A stretch of 64,000 nt of DNA, taken from contig CAXXNF010000001.1 of NCBI GenBank assembly GCA_963666365.2, forward strand, positions 896,001-960,000. Reading direction: 5' to 3'. The stretch is from Syntrophales bacterium (GTDB lineage: Bacteria; Desulfobacterota; Syntrophia; Syntrophales; UBA2210). Below the pieces are notes generated by a model. That model saw only the letters and a list, made by a program, of their open reading frames with translations. It was not told the DNA's origin and did no database searches. Positions within the stretch are counted from its first letter, which is position 1; each line of letters starts with the position of its first letter. Below, one piece after another: positions 19,255 to 29,794 of the stretch. The translations under genes were made by a program, and so were the position numbers.

Positions 19255-19864
19255 GCGCGAGTCAGGTTTTTTTATTTGTTCTCCCGCTGAGCCGCTGAGC
19301 CCGCAGAGAAAAACCTTTACATTATCAGCTTGTCCCCCCCCCCTTGACGGGTGGGCAGACGTTCAGTTCCCTTCACTTAATTCCCTCACGCCAGGGGAGC
19401 GGAATGATACATTTTGCGATTGTATCAACTCTGTTCCTCAGCGTCCCTGCGTCTCCGCGCGAGTCAGGTTTTTTTATTTGTTCTCCCGCTGAGCCGCTGA
19501 GCCCGCAGAGAAAAACCTTTACATTATCAGCTTGTCCCCCCCCTTGACGGGTGGGCAGACGTTCAGTTCCCTTCACTTAATTCCCTCACGCCAGGGGAGC
19601 GGAATGATACATTTTGCGATTGTATCAACTCTGTTCCTCAGCGTCCCTGCGTCTCCGCGCGAGTCAGGTTTTTTTATTTGTTCTCCCGCTGAGCCGCTGA
19701 GCCCGCAGAGAAAAACCTTTACATCATCAGCTTGTCCCCCCCCCTTGACGGGTGGGCAGACGTTCAGTTCCCTTCACTTAATTCCCTCACGCCAGGGGAG
19801 CGGAATGGTACATTTTGCGATTGTATCAACTCTGTTCCTCAGCGTCCCTGCGTCTCCGCGCGAG
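19255..19864. repeat. Tandem array of 3 x ~201-bp units built from REP-like palindromes
   Basis: Units start at 19255, 19457, 19657 (202/200/201 bp); lengths differ only by a poly-C tract (10/8/9); unit 3 has two SNPs. Confidence 0.95.
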
Positions 19865-19902
19865 ATTGTTTTTCCGCTTTATTGCGGGCGCCCGCTGATT
19901 TA

Positions 19903-20421
19903 CTACTCCTGCTTAGACCGCAATTTTTCCTGTTTTCCCTCGATACCCCTGGCCATATTTTCAATATAGGCCTCCATTTTCGCACGAAGCGAGGGATCCT
20001 CGAGAGCCAGAATCCGCACCGCCATGAGGGCGCCGTTTTTCGCACCGGCCTTCCCCAGCGCCATGGTGGCAACGGGAATGCCCCCCGGCATTTGTACAGT
20101 GGAAAGAAGTGCATCGAGTCCCTTGAGCGGTGATGAATCGATGGGAACACCAATAACCGGAAGGGTAGTCTGCGAGGCAATCACCCCCGCCAAATGGGCG
20201 GCGGCGCCGGCACCGGCAATAATCACCTTTACACCTCTCGCGGCAGCGCCTTCCGAAAAAAGGCGTGTCCTTTCCGGTGACCGATGCGCCGACGCAAGCA
20301 CAAGCTCATGGGGCACATCGAATTCCTCGAGCAGGGATGTTGCTTCTTTCATAACGGAAAGATCTGAATCACTCCCCATAACCACACTGACAATGGGGCT
20401 GTTTTCTGCGGTGCGCTCCAT
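19903..20421 (-). CDS. purE: N5-CAIR mutase
   Basis: VMGSDSD, SAHRSP, AGAGAAAHLAGV, PVIGVP, VQMPGGIPVAT. Confidence 0.97.
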   Translation of the reverse strand: MERTAENSPIVSVVMGSDSDLSVMKEATSLLEEFDVPHELVLASAHRSPERTRLFSEGAAARGVKVIIAGAGAAAHLAGVIASQTTLPVIGVPIDSSPLKGLDALLSTVQMPGGIPVATMALGKAGAKNGALMAVRILALEDPSLRAKMEAYIENMARGIEGKQEKLRSKQE

Positions 20422-20442
20422 CAATTGCTCCTTTTCCTCAAT

Positions 20443-22008
20443 CTAATGCTTGAAATGTCTCCGCCCTGTAAAGATCATCGCAATGCCGTGCTCATCGGCA
20501 GCCTTGATCGATTCCTCATCGCGAATCGAACCGCCCGGCTGGACGATCGCGGTGACCCCGGCCTTTGCCGCCATATCGATACCATCCCTGAAAGGGAAAA
20601 AGGCGTCCGAGGCAAGAACCGTTCCCTCGGTAGAAAGCTGTGCCTTCATCTTTGCGATCCGCACCGAATCGACCCGGCTCATCTGACCGGCGCCGACGCC
20701 GATCAACTGACTGGTCCGGGCGAACACGACGGCATTGGACTTTACATGTTTTACCACCTTCCAGGCAAAATCGAGCGCCTCATATTCTTCCTCCGTCGGC
20801 GTCCGCCTGGTCACGACAGCGGCCTGCTTCAGATCATCCACTTCGGCATCCCGCTCCTGCACGAGAAGTCCGCCGGCAATCTTTCTGAAATCAATTCCTC
20901 CCGAAGGCCTCTCCTGTGACGGTGCAACTTCGAGAAGTCTGATATTCTTTTTCGCCCCCAGAATCTGGCGGGCTTCCTCATCAAATCCGGGGGCGATAAT
21001 AACTTCCAGAAACGTTTTCGACAGTTCCTCTGCAGTATCGCCGTCCACAGGGCGGTTAAAGCTCACAATCCCTCCAAAGGCGGCTGCAGGATCCGTTTCC
21101 ATTGCCCGTACATAGGCCTCTTTGAGCCCCTCTTTCGAACTCGCGGCCCCGCAGGGATTGGAATGTTTCATAATGATCGCCGTGGGCTGATCGTATTCCC
21201 AGACCATCTGCCAGGCAGCGTCACTGTCCATAATATTGTTGTAGGAAAGCTCCTTTCCCTGGAGCTGGCGGGAATTGGGAATTGTGGGCATAGAGACGCC
21301 TCGTTCGCGATAAAAAACCGCTTTCTGATGGGGATTTTCCCCATACCGGAGGTCCTGAACCTTTTCGAATTGAAGGGTCAGTGTATCCGGAAAATTTCTG
21401 ACCTTTTCGCCCCGTTCCATTTTTCCCAGATAATTGGAGATTGCCGCATCGTAACGCGCCGTAAGCTGAAAGGTTTTGACGGCACAGGCAAAATTCGTAT
21501 CTTCTGAAATACTGCCCCCTCGAGAGTTCAGCTCCTGCACTATCCGCGGATAGTCCGCCGGATCGGTCACCACTGTGACGAAACGCCAATTTTTCGCGGC
21601 CGCCCGCACCATGGTGGGACCGCCTATGTCGATATGCTCGATGGCCTCCTCAAGTGTGCACCCCGGACGCGCCACAGTGTCTTCGAAGCGGTAAAGGTTA
21701 ATCACTACCATGTCGATAGTGCCGATACCCTGTGTCTCCAGGGCCATCCTGTGTTCCTCGTTGTCTCTTAATGCGAGAAGTCCCCCATGTATTTTTGGAT
21801 GGAGCGTCTTCAACCGTCCGTCCATAATTTCAGGAAACCCAGTATAATCAGACACATCGGTGACGGCAATGCCGCCTGCCCTCAACTGGGAGGCGGTACC
21901 GCCCGTTGAGAGGATTTCCACACCGAACTTTTCCAGTTCACGCGCAAAATCCACAATCCCCTGTTTATCCGTCACACTGATCAACGCCCTTTTTATTTCG
22001 TTTTCCAT
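20443..22008 (-). CDS. purH: Bifunctional AICAR transformylase/IMP cyclohydrolase
   Basis: RALISVTDK, STGGT, KTLHP, IDIGGP, LRYGENPHQ, SDAFFPF, QPGGS, RHFKH. Confidence 0.98.
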   Translation of the reverse strand: MENEIKRALISVTDKQGIVDFARELEKFGVEILSTGGTASQLRAGGIAVTDVSDYTGFPEIMDGRLKTLHPKIHGGLLALRDNEEHRMALETQGIGTIDMVVINLYRFEDTVARPGCTLEEAIEHIDIGGPTMVRAAAKNWRFVTVVTDPADYPRIVQELNSRGGSISEDTNFACAVKTFQLTARYDAAISNYLGKMERGEKVRNFPDTLTLQFEKVQDLRYGENPHQKAVFYRERGVSMPTIPNSRQLQGKELSYNNIMDSDAAWQMVWEYDQPTAIIMKHSNPCGAASSKEGLKEAYVRAMETDPAAAFGGIVSFNRPVDGDTAEELSKTFLEVIIAPGFDEEARQILGAKKNIRLLEVAPSQERPSGGIDFRKIAGGLLVQERDAEVDDLKQAAVVTRRTPTEEEYEALDFAWKVVKHVKSNAVVFARTSQLIGVGAGQMSRVDSVRIAKMKAQLSTEGTVLASDAFFPFRDGIDMAAKAGVTAIVQPGGSIRDEESIKAADEHGIAMIFTGRRHFKH

Positions 22009-22072
22009 GTCGTTCCTTTTACGCGCACGCGCGATTTAACTCATTTTTACACTTTGTGACTCTTCAGACCGT

Positions 22073-23410
22073 CTACGCCTTTGTATTCCTCAGGGTTTCC
22101 ATATGGGCGATACGCTTCTCAATCAACTGAGCCGTTCCGATATCGGATCGATGATCAACGGGACCTTCAATCGATGCAATCGCCCCTTCGGCCTTCTTCT
22201 CGGCCTCGGCCAGGTCGTCGGCAATGCCCACCACGCCGATCGCCCGCGACGCGGTCATATAGAGACCGTCCTTGCGCTTGTCCACTGACGAGTAGTAAAT
22301 TTTCACCTCGGCGGCCTTTTGGACCTCGATCTTTGCCGCCGTCGATTGCGCATCGGGATGGTCCGTGGGAAGTCCGTACCCCTTCGGCACCACATATTTA
22401 CACACGGTCGCCTTTTTTTCGAATACAACGGACATATTTTTCAGCGTCCCTTCTATCAGGGCACGGCAGATCTCAATATAATCTGTTTTTAACAGAGGAA
22501 GAATGTTCATGGCTTCGGGGTCGCCGAACCGGGCGTTGTATTCGAGCAGTTTTACTCCGCTGCCGGTAACGATGAACCCTCCATACATGATGCCCTTATA
22601 ATATTCGCCGGTTTCCCGATAGAGGGCATCCGCCACTTTCTGAGTAATGGCCAGACCTTCGGTAATGTCGCTCTGCGTCAAAAAAGGAAGGCTGTGATCG
22701 GGAAGGGAGTAGGATCCCATACCGCCGGTATTCGGGCCCTTGTCGCCGACAAAACGCCTCTTGTGATCCTGCACGGCCGGTGTGGGCGTCACGGTTTCCC
22801 CGTCACAGAAACACTGAAGCGAAAACTCCTCGCCGTCGAATCGCTCTTCCACCAGCACGGGAGAACCGGTTTTCAGAATGGTCTCGCAGAGATTCAGGGC
22901 CTCCTCAACGGTGGCAAAGTGATCTCCCTGAACCATGACTCCCTTGCCGCCGGTGAGTCCGTCCGGTTTAATAACCGCCCCTCCTGCAAGATCTTTCATA
23001 AACGCTCCGATTCCCGACAGCGAGTCGAAGACCTTAAAACGGGGATTCCCCGGTATGCCGTATTTCTCCAGAAGCGTTCTCGTAAACGTCTTGGAAGTTT
23101 CCAGTCTGGCCAGCGATTTTGTGGGACCCACCGAGGGAATGCCGATGCGGCTCAGGGCATCGACCACGCCGTTGTGCAGAGGGTCCTCCGGCCCTATGAG
23201 GGCAAAGTCTACGCTTCGATCCTTCGCAAAGCGGCAGATGTCATCGAGATCTCCGTAACTTCCCAGGCGCACATCAGATGAAAGGGCTGCAATGCCTGGA
23301 TTATTCGATTTCATATAGGAATAGAGGGTTTTATCGTGGGCCGACCTTGTGATCGCCTCCGCCATTGCATGTTCGCGCGCACCGTTTCCTATCAAGAGTA
23401 TTTTTGTCAT
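22073..23410 (-). CDS. purD: Phosphoribosylamine--glycine ligase
   Basis: GNGAREHA, IGPE, GKGV, QDHKR, GPNTGGMGSYS, EYNARFGDPE, RSDIG; ATG with GGAGG RBS. Confidence 0.95.
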   Translation of the reverse strand: MTKILLIGNGAREHAMAEAITRSAHDKTLYSYMKSNNPGIAALSSDVRLGSYGDLDDICRFAKDRSVDFALIGPEDPLHNGVVDALSRIGIPSVGPTKSLARLETSKTFTRTLLEKYGIPGNPRFKVFDSLSGIGAFMKDLAGGAVIKPDGLTGGKGVMVQGDHFATVEEALNLCETILKTGSPVLVEERFDGEEFSLQCFCDGETVTPTPAVQDHKRRFVGDKGPNTGGMGSYSLPDHSLPFLTQSDITEGLAITQKVADALYRETGEYYKGIMYGGFIVTGSGVKLLEYNARFGDPEAMNILPLLKTDYIEICRALIEGTLKNMSVVFEKKATVCKYVVPKGYGLPTDHPDAQSTAAKIEVQKAAEVKIYYSSVDKRKDGLYMTASRAIGVVGIADDLAEAEKKAEGAIASIEGPVDHRSDIGTAQLIEKRIAHMETLRNTKA

Positions 23411-23441
23411 ATCCTCCACCTGCTTCAGAGCTCTTCGCATG

Positions 23442-24893
23442 TTACCCGTCGATCAGAAAGCGTTGCAATCTTTCCACCGACTCATCCCTTCCAAGAATAT
23501 CAATAATAGTAGGTATATCGGGACCATGGGTATTGCCGAAGAGGGCAAGCCTCAAGGGAAAATAGAACTTCTTTCCTTTGAGGCCCATCGTCTTCATGGC
23601 CTCTTCAATGCGCGCCTGCAGTGCCTCCCTGGTCCATGCGGATCGGCCTTTCAGCGCATCTATCCAGTATGCATATATCTTTTGAGAATTCTCCTCGGCC
23701 ATAAGCGTCCTGTCATCCTCTGAAAATTGCAATTCTTCATAGAACATCCGACCTCTCGGCGCCATTTCTTCAAGAGAGGAGACATAATCGCGGGCCACCC
23801 CGATGACCTTTATATACTTTTGCCAATCGGAAATATCGAAGCCCTCCTGCTCAAAAAACGGACGCGTCCTTTCGGCAATCACTTCCACATCGAAGTTTCT
23901 GATGTACCAGCCGTTCATCCAGTTCAGCTTGTCCAGATCGAAAATCGCACCGGCCTTGTTGATTCGATCAAGAGAGAATACCTGTTCCAGCTCCTGAAGG
24001 GTGTACAATTCCCGATCGTCAGCCGAATGCCACCCCAGGAGCGCAATAAAATTAATCATCGCTTCCGGCAGATATCCCTTTTCCATATAACTTTCTACCG
24101 CCACGTCACCCTGTCGCTTGCTTAATTTGCTTCGATCCGAATTGAGCAAAAGGGGGAGATGGACAAAGGTGGGCACGTCCCACCCGAAAGCCTTATAGAG
24201 ATATATATGCTTGGGCACGCTGGAGAGCCACTCCTCCCCGCGAATGACATGGGAAATGCCCATGAGATGATCGTCGATGACATTTGCCAGATGGTACGTG
24301 GGAAACCCGTCGGATTTGATAAGCACCTGATCGTCGACTACTGAATTGTCGACGGCAACCTTTCGCCGGATGACGTCGTCAAATACGGTGCGCCCTTCTT
24401 TGGGGAATCTGAGCCGTATTACACAGGGGGCGCCGGCATCCAGTTTTTCCCGCACCTCCGCTTCCGTAAGATCCCGGCACTTTCCGTCATACATGGGCGG
24501 GCGCTTCATCTTTCGCTGGGTTTCCCGCAGGTCCTCAAGGCGCTCTTCCGAACAGAAACAGTAATAAGCAGTCTTCGACGCAAGGAGCTCCTGTATATGG
24601 CGCTGATAGATATCCACTCGCTCCGACTGTATATAGGGGCCGCAGGGGCCGCCCACATCAGGACCTTCATCATAGTGAAGACCCATATTTTTGAGGCTTG
24701 AGATCAAATTTTCCAGGGCGCCCGGAATGAAGCGCTTCTGGTCGGTATCCTCGATTCTGAGAATGAATTTTCCCCCTTCCCTGCGGGCAAAAAGATAATT
24801 AAAGAGGGCCGTTCTCAGGCCGCCCACGTGAAGATACCCCGTCGGACTGGGGGCGAATCGAACTCTCACTTCCTCTTGTAATGCATCGACCAT
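23442..24893 (-). CDS. gltX: Glutamate--tRNA ligase
   Basis: RVRFAPSPTGYLHVGG, RIEDTD, HVIRGEEW, KLSKR; alternative start 24908. Confidence 0.96.
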   Translation of the reverse strand: MVDALQEEVRVRFAPSPTGYLHVGGLRTALFNYLFARREGGKFILRIEDTDQKRFIPGALENLISSLKNMGLHYDEGPDVGGPCGPYIQSERVDIYQRHIQELLASKTAYYCFCSEERLEDLRETQRKMKRPPMYDGKCRDLTEAEVREKLDAGAPCVIRLRFPKEGRTVFDDVIRRKVAVDNSVVDDQVLIKSDGFPTYHLANVIDDHLMGISHVIRGEEWLSSVPKHIYLYKAFGWDVPTFVHLPLLLNSDRSKLSKRQGDVAVESYMEKGYLPEAMINFIALLGWHSADDRELYTLQELEQVFSLDRINKAGAIFDLDKLNWMNGWYIRNFDVEVIAERTRPFFEQEGFDISDWQKYIKVIGVARDYVSSLEEMAPRGRMFYEELQFSEDDRTLMAEENSQKIYAYWIDALKGRSAWTREALQARIEEAMKTMGLKGKKFYFPLRLALFGNTHGPDIPTIIDILGRDESVERLQRFLIDG

Positions 24894-24928
24894 CGTCGTT
24901 CCCTTCATGTCATATTTTAAAACAGAGA

Positions 24929-24958
24929 ATTATATATTAGAAAAGAGGTTTTTGTCAA
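24929..24958 (-). promoter_or_regulatory. Sigma70 promoter of gltX-pur cluster
   Basis: Minus strand TTGACA-N18-TATAAT, both hexamers perfect. Confidence 0.7.
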
Positions 24959-25130
24959 AATCCTTTTGTCCCGCCTATGGAGAAAATGCGGCAGTAGCCT
25001 CTCACTGTCTCTGTGCTGCCGACCCGTCGGCATAGAGGCGCTTTTTACGAGACCATCACCAGCAAATTTTTCTTGACATCCCGCCGACGATATGTTTCTA
25101 TCCGCAGAAACGTGTATGGTGATCAATCAA

Positions 25131-25199
25131 ATGACGGCACGACGTAATGTACGGGGATTCAGCTGGTGGCGGCATACCGCGATATGTGTGCCCCTGTAA
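25131..25199 (+). CDS. trpL: Trp leader peptide MTARRNVRGFSWWRHTAICVPL
   Basis: 22-aa ORF with tandem TGG TGG upstream of a TrpB-family gene, followed by a terminator. Confidence 0.75.
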   Translation: MTARRNVRGFSWWRHTAICVPL

Positions 25200-25225
25200 C
25201 GGACTGCTGAAGCTAAGGTAAAACG

Positions 25226-25261
25226 CCATGGGACACACAATCGGTTCCCATGGTTTTTTTT
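25226..25261 (+). terminator. Attenuator intrinsic terminator
   Basis: Stem CCATGGGA/TCCCATGG followed by T8. Confidence 0.8.
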
Positions 25262-25336
25262 GCGCAACGCCCCGAACAGACAGGATCCGACATTCTCAGA
25301 TATCTTCACTATGCAAGAGGCAAAGGAGGATTTTTC

Positions 25337-26698
25337 ATGAGACAGGTGAAAGTATTTTTGAACGAGAACGATATGCCGCGTCAGTGGTATAACATCATGG
25401 CGGATCTGCCCACACCCATGAGCCCCCCGCTCCACCCCGGCACGGGGAAACCCCTGGGACCCGATGATATGGCCCAGATTTTTCCCATGAACCTCATTGA
25501 GCAGGAAATGAGCACCGAACGGTGGATTGACATTCCCGAAGAGGTTTTGGAAAAATTAACGCTCTGGAGACCGAGTCCGCTGTGCCGGGCCTATAATTTC
25601 GAAAAATTGCTCGATGCGCCGGTCAGAATCTACTACAAAAACGAGGGAGTCAGTCCTCCCGGCTCTCACAAACCGAACACCGCCATCGCACAGGCTTACT
25701 ATAACAAGGAATTCGGCATTAAAAAAATTTCCACCGAAACCGGCGCCGGGCAGTGGGGAAGCGCACTTGCCATGGCCTGTCAGATGTTCGGCATCGAGTG
25801 TCGCGTCTTCATGGTACGCGTCAGCTATGATCAGAAACCCTACCGCCGTCTTATGATGCAGACCTGGGGGGCCGATTGTTTTGCCAGCCCCAGCGACAAA
25901 ACAGAGGCGGGCAGAAGAATACTGGCAGAAAACCCGAACTCGCCGGGCAGCCTGGGCATCGCCATAAGCGAAGCCATTGAGGATATTCTCGGAAAGGACG
26001 ACTCCCGCTATTCCCTGGGAAGCGTACTCAATCATGTCATGCTCCACCAGACCATTATCGGCCTTGAAGCGCAGAAACAATTCGAGATGATCGGTGAATA
26101 CCCCGACGTGGTGATCGGCTGCGCCGGAGGCGGAAGCAACTTCGCCGGATTGTCGTTTCCCTTTCTGCGTGATAAAATTCATGGGAAAGAAGTTTCCGTC
26201 GTTGCCTCAGAACCCACCTCATGTCCTACTTTGACGCGGGCGCCTTTCGCCTACGACTTCGGCGATCTTGCCCAAATGACCCCGCTTCTGGCCATGTATA
26301 CCCTGGGACACGACTTTGTCCCCGCACCTATTCATGCAGGAGGGTTGCGCTATCACGGCATGTCGCCTATTGTCAGTCATCTGGTGAAAGAAAATCTCGT
26401 CGAAGCGCGATCTTACAATCAGATTGAAACCTTCGAAGCCGGCGTCAACTGGGCACGAACGGAAGGATTCATTCCCGCACCCGAAACGGATCACGCCATT
26501 GCAGCCGTGGTCGAAGAGGCCCGCCGCGCCAAGGAAGAAGGAAAGGAAAAAGTGATCCTTTTCAACTGGAGCGGTCACGGTCTTGTGGATCTGCTGTCCT
26601 ATGACGCGTACCTGACAGGGAAACTGACCAATTACAGCCTGCCTGACGAGGAAATCGAACGGGCCAGGAGAACGGTAGGCCAGTATCCGAAACCGTAG
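25337..26698 (+). CDS. trpB2: Tryptophan synthase beta chain, TrpB2 type
   Basis: [69 protein letters not shown]. Confidence 0.93.
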   Translation: MRQVKVFLNENDMPRQWYNIMADLPTPMSPPLHPGTGKPLGPDDMAQIFPMNLIEQEMSTERWIDIPEEVLEKLTLWRPSPLCRAYNFEKLLDAPVRIYYKNEGVSPPGSHKPNTAIAQAYYNKEFGIKKISTETGAGQWGSALAMACQMFGIECRVFMVRVSYDQKPYRRLMMQTWGADCFASPSDKTEAGRRILAENPNSPGSLGIAISEAIEDILGKDDSRYSLGSVLNHVMLHQTIIGLEAQKQFEMIGEYPDVVIGCAGGGSNFAGLSFPFLRDKIHGKEVSVVASEPTSCPTLTRAPFAYDFGDLAQMTPLLAMYTLGHDFVPAPIHAGGLRYHGMSPIVSHLVKENLVEARSYNQIETFEAGVNWARTEGFIPAPETDHAIAAVVEEARRAKEEGKEKVILFNWSGHGLVDLLSYDAYLTGKLTNYSLPDEEIERARRTVGQYPKP

Positions 26699-26731
26699 AA
26701 TAAGAAGGTGAATCCTTGACTCTTCAACATC

Positions 26732-26818
26732 ACTGATTCATTTTCTCCCGCAGAGACGCCAGGGCGCAGAGAAAAACATGTAGTTATTTCCTCTTGTCCT
26801 TAGCGTCTCTGCGCGAAA
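26732..26818. repeat. REP/MITE-like palindromic element (CCCGCAGAG family)
   Basis: CGCAGAGACGC...GCGTCTCTGCG arms; similar to the reverse complement of 57461-57545 and to units at 19195-19864. Confidence 0.7.
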
Positions 26819-26922
26819 TGCTGTTCTCTTTTTCCGGTACGCTGCCCCGAAAATGGTGAGTTACTGTCAATTACAACACTGATCTCTCGGCATAAAAAAC
26901 TTCTTAGAAAGACTTAATTATC

Positions 26923-27201
26923 ATGAACCGCTATGATGATCTTCAAATCAGATGCCCGAAACTCGGAGGCGAGGTAACCTTTGCCTACTGCAGAATCGAA
27001 CAAGGCGACACCCCCTGCAGCCGTGTTATCGGTTGCTGGCAGGCGTCAATCCCGATCGAAACCTATCTGAAAGACATCTTTTCAGAAGAGCTGCTGCACC
27101 GCTATCGCAGCGAACCTCCCAAGGACAAGCTTGCCACCATATTCGAAGTCGTTGACTCTTTTAAAAAGAAGTCATACACTGGGGAGCATGGACCTTTTTG
27201 A
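26923..27201 (+). CDS. Small Cys-containing hypothetical protein
   Basis: RCPKLGGEVTFAYCR...PCSRVIGCW; overlaps the rarA start. Confidence 0.65.
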   Translation: MNRYDDLQIRCPKLGGEVTFAYCRIEQGDTPCSRVIGCWQASIPIETYLKDIFSEELLHRYRSEPPKDKLATIFEVVDSFKKKSYTGEHGPF

Positions 27202-28531
27202 CTATGGACTGGAAACACCGGCAAAAATAGCGGGGCCGCTGGCCGATCGCATGCGTCCGACATCGCTTGACGAATATGTGGGGCAAGCCCATTTGGTCGG
27301 CGACGAGGGACTTCTTCGCAGGGCGACCGACCGGGGCGAACGTTTCTCCATGATCTTCTGGGGACCGCCCGGGTGCGGGAAAACGACACTGGCCCGCATT
27401 ATCGCACAGGAAATGAAGTCCCACTTTGAGACGTTTTCGGCGGTTCTTTCTGGAGTAAAAGAAATACGGGCCGTCATCGACCGGGCGCAGGCACGGCAAC
27501 GATCTTCCCAAGACCCGACAGTGCTTTTTGTCGATGAGATTCACCGGTTCAACAAGGCACAACAGGATGCCTTTCTTCCACACGTGGAAAGTGGCCTCAT
27601 CACCCTGATCGGCGCCACGACGGAAAATCCCTCCTTTGAAGTAATTGCGCCTCTTCTTTCCCGGCTTCGCGTCCTGGTGCTTCAACCCCATAGCGAAACC
27701 GAATTGAAGACTATCGTAGTGCGGGCGCTTAACGATTCCGAGCGCGGCCTGGGAGGAAGAGGCCTTTCCCTCGATTCCGACGCGCTGGCCCACCTCATAC
27801 ACTCGGCCGACAGTGACGCCCGGACGGTCTTGAACAATCTTGAAATTGCCGCATCTCTCGCTGAAGCCGAAGGCGGGCAGGCAAAGCACATCACCCTGGA
27901 AAGTGCGGAAAAGGCGGTCCAGCGAAAGGCCTTGCGCTACGATAAATCGGGAGAAGAACATTACAATCTTATCTCGGCGCTCCATAAAAGTCTGCGGGGG
28001 AGTGATCCCGATGCCGCCCTCTACTGGTTGGGAAGGATGCTTGAAGCGGGAGAGGATCCGCTCTATATCGCGCGCAGAATGGTGCGGTTCGCATCCGAAG
28101 ACGTAGGGCTGGCGGACCCGGCTGCCCTCACACTTGCTCTCACTGCCATGAATGCCTATCGTTTTGTGGGTTCGCCAGAGGGGGATCTCGCTTTGGCCCA
28201 GGCCGCCGTCTATCTTGCTGTGGCCCCAAAAAGCAATGCGCTCTATCGTGGATTCGGCGCAGTAAAGGATCTTATACACCGTACAGGATCGCTTCCCGTT
28301 CCCCTGCATCTTCGCAACGCTCCCACATCGCTGATGAAAAATCTTGGATACGGGGCCGGGTATCAGTACGCCCACGATTACCCCGATGCCCTGGTAGACC
28401 AGAACCATCTGCCGGAACAGATTAAAGGTCAGACCTTCTATCACCCCAGCGACCGGGGTCGGGAAAAACTGATTAAAGAAAGATTATCGGCATGGAAGGC
28501 CTTTCGTGACCGGCCAAGGCAGAAAAAATAA
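27188..28531 (+). CDS. rarA: Replication-associated recombination protein A
   Basis: [59 protein letters not shown]. Confidence 0.96.
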   Translation: MDLFDYGLETPAKIAGPLADRMRPTSLDEYVGQAHLVGDEGLLRRATDRGERFSMIFWGPPGCGKTTLARIIAQEMKSHFETFSAVLSGVKEIRAVIDRAQARQRSSQDPTVLFVDEIHRFNKAQQDAFLPHVESGLITLIGATTENPSFEVIAPLLSRLRVLVLQPHSETELKTIVVRALNDSERGLGGRGLSLDSDALAHLIHSADSDARTVLNNLEIAASLAEAEGGQAKHITLESAEKAVQRKALRYDKSGEEHYNLISALHKSLRGSDPDAALYWLGRMLEAGEDPLYIARRMVRFASEDVGLADPAALTLALTAMNAYRFVGSPEGDLALAQAAVYLAVAPKSNALYRGFGAVKDLIHRTGSLPVPLHLRNAPTSLMKNLGYGAGYQYAHDYPDALVDQNHLPEQIKGQTFYHPSDRGREKLIKERLSAWKAFRDRPRQKK

Positions 28532-28552
28532 CAAAAAAGGAGGGGAGTGATC

Positions 28553-29794
28553 ATGCATTACAATACTGCATTACGCACCTACGGAGCAAAACGGATTGAG
28601 GAGATTGAATCGGCCGATATACTCGTCGGGATACCCTGTTATAACAATGAAAAAACCATCGAGCATGTCATTCAGATGGTAACTCACGGATTGGCCAAAC
28701 ACTACAAGGATAAGCGAAGCATTATTTTTATTGCCGACGGGGGTTCCACCGACGATACGCGGGAAGTGGCAAAGGAGTTCCAGATAAAACCCTGGCAGGA
28801 AAAGGTTGTTTCCATATACCGGGGACCGGCGGGAAAGGGAACGGCGCTTCGCTCCATTTTCGAAGCCGCACATCGTCTCGACACAAAGGCCTGTGCCGTT
28901 GTCGACTCCGATCTCAGGAGCATCACTCCCGACTGGGTGGAACATCTTATTGCCCCCGTACTCGAAAAGAATTATCAATTTGTAGCGCCTGTATATGTCC
29001 GTCACAAGTATGACGGCACGATCACCAACAATATCGTCTACAACCTGACGCGGGCCCTTTACGGCAAAAGGGTACGACAGCCAATCGGAGGAGATTTCGC
29101 CCTTTCCAGGGACGTGGTGAAGTTCTACATAGACCAGGACGTGTGGGAAACCGATGTAGCCCGATTCGGCATTGACATCTGGATGACCACCAGCGCCATT
29201 ACCCGGAACTTCAGAATCTGTCAGTCGAACCTCGGGGTCAAGATTCATGACGCCAAGGATCCGGGGGTACATCTGGGTCCCATGTTTCGTCAAGTGTTGT
29301 GGACTGTGTTCTCCCTCATGGAACGACATGAGGAAATATGGAAAAATATACGAGGGAGCGAGCCACTGGAGACCTTCGGATTCGAAGGAGGCCAGGAACC
29401 GGAAACGGTTTCCGTCAATCTCGAAGGGATGATCGACAACTTTAAAATAGGCTACGGGCAGTTTTCCTCTCTCTGGTCCGAAATCTTCAGCGAAGACAGT
29501 TTTGAAGAGATAAAAAAGACCGCATCGTTAGATTCGTCATCCTTTCACGTATCAACCGAGGCTTGGGTGAAAATTCTTTACGAGCTTGCCGCCACCTTCC
29601 ATAAATGGGCAGTGAACCGCAATAAACTGATCGACCTGATGACCCCTCTCTATTACGCCCGTGTCGCCTCCTTCGTAAGACAGTCCTGGGATATGACATC
29701 GTCCCAGGCCGAAGCACTTGTGGAAGATCAGGCGCTGAAATTCGAAGATCAGAAAGACTATCTTTTCGAGGTATGGAATCGTGGAGTAAAATAA
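28553..29794 (+). CDS. GT-A glycosyltransferase, glucosylglycerate/mannosylglycerate synthase-like
   Basis: VGIPCYNN, DGGSTDDT, GKGTA, VDSDL, RHKYDGTITN, RQPIGGDF, FGIDIWMT, KIHDAKDP; alternative GTG start 28547. Confidence 0.7.
   Translation: MHYNTALRTYGAKRIEEIESADILVGIPCYNNEKTIEHVIQMVTHGLAKHYKDKRSIIFIADGGSTDDTREVAKEFQIKPWQEKVVSIYRGPAGKGTALRSIFEAAHRLDTKACAVVDSDLRSITPDWVEHLIAPVLEKNYQFVAPVYVRHKYDGTITNNIVYNLTRALYGKRVRQPIGGDFALSRDVVKFYIDQDVWETDVARFGIDIWMTTSAITRNFRICQSNLGVKIHDAKDPGVHLGPMFRQVLWTVFSLMERHEEIWKNIRGSEPLETFGFEGGQEPETVSVNLEGMIDNFKIGYGQFSSLWSEIFSEDSFEEIKKTASLDSSSFHVSTEAWVKILYELAATFHKWAVNRNKLIDLMTPLYYARVASFVRQSWDMTSSQAEALVEDQALKFEDQKDYLFEVWNRGVK

Noticed and set aside
19255..19864. CRISPR array
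   Set aside because: Units are ~201 bp and identical throughout, with no unique spacers and no cas genes in the window
19220..20133. Repeated small ORFs in the tandem array
   Set aside because: Frames shift with poly-C length; no RBS or recognisable motif
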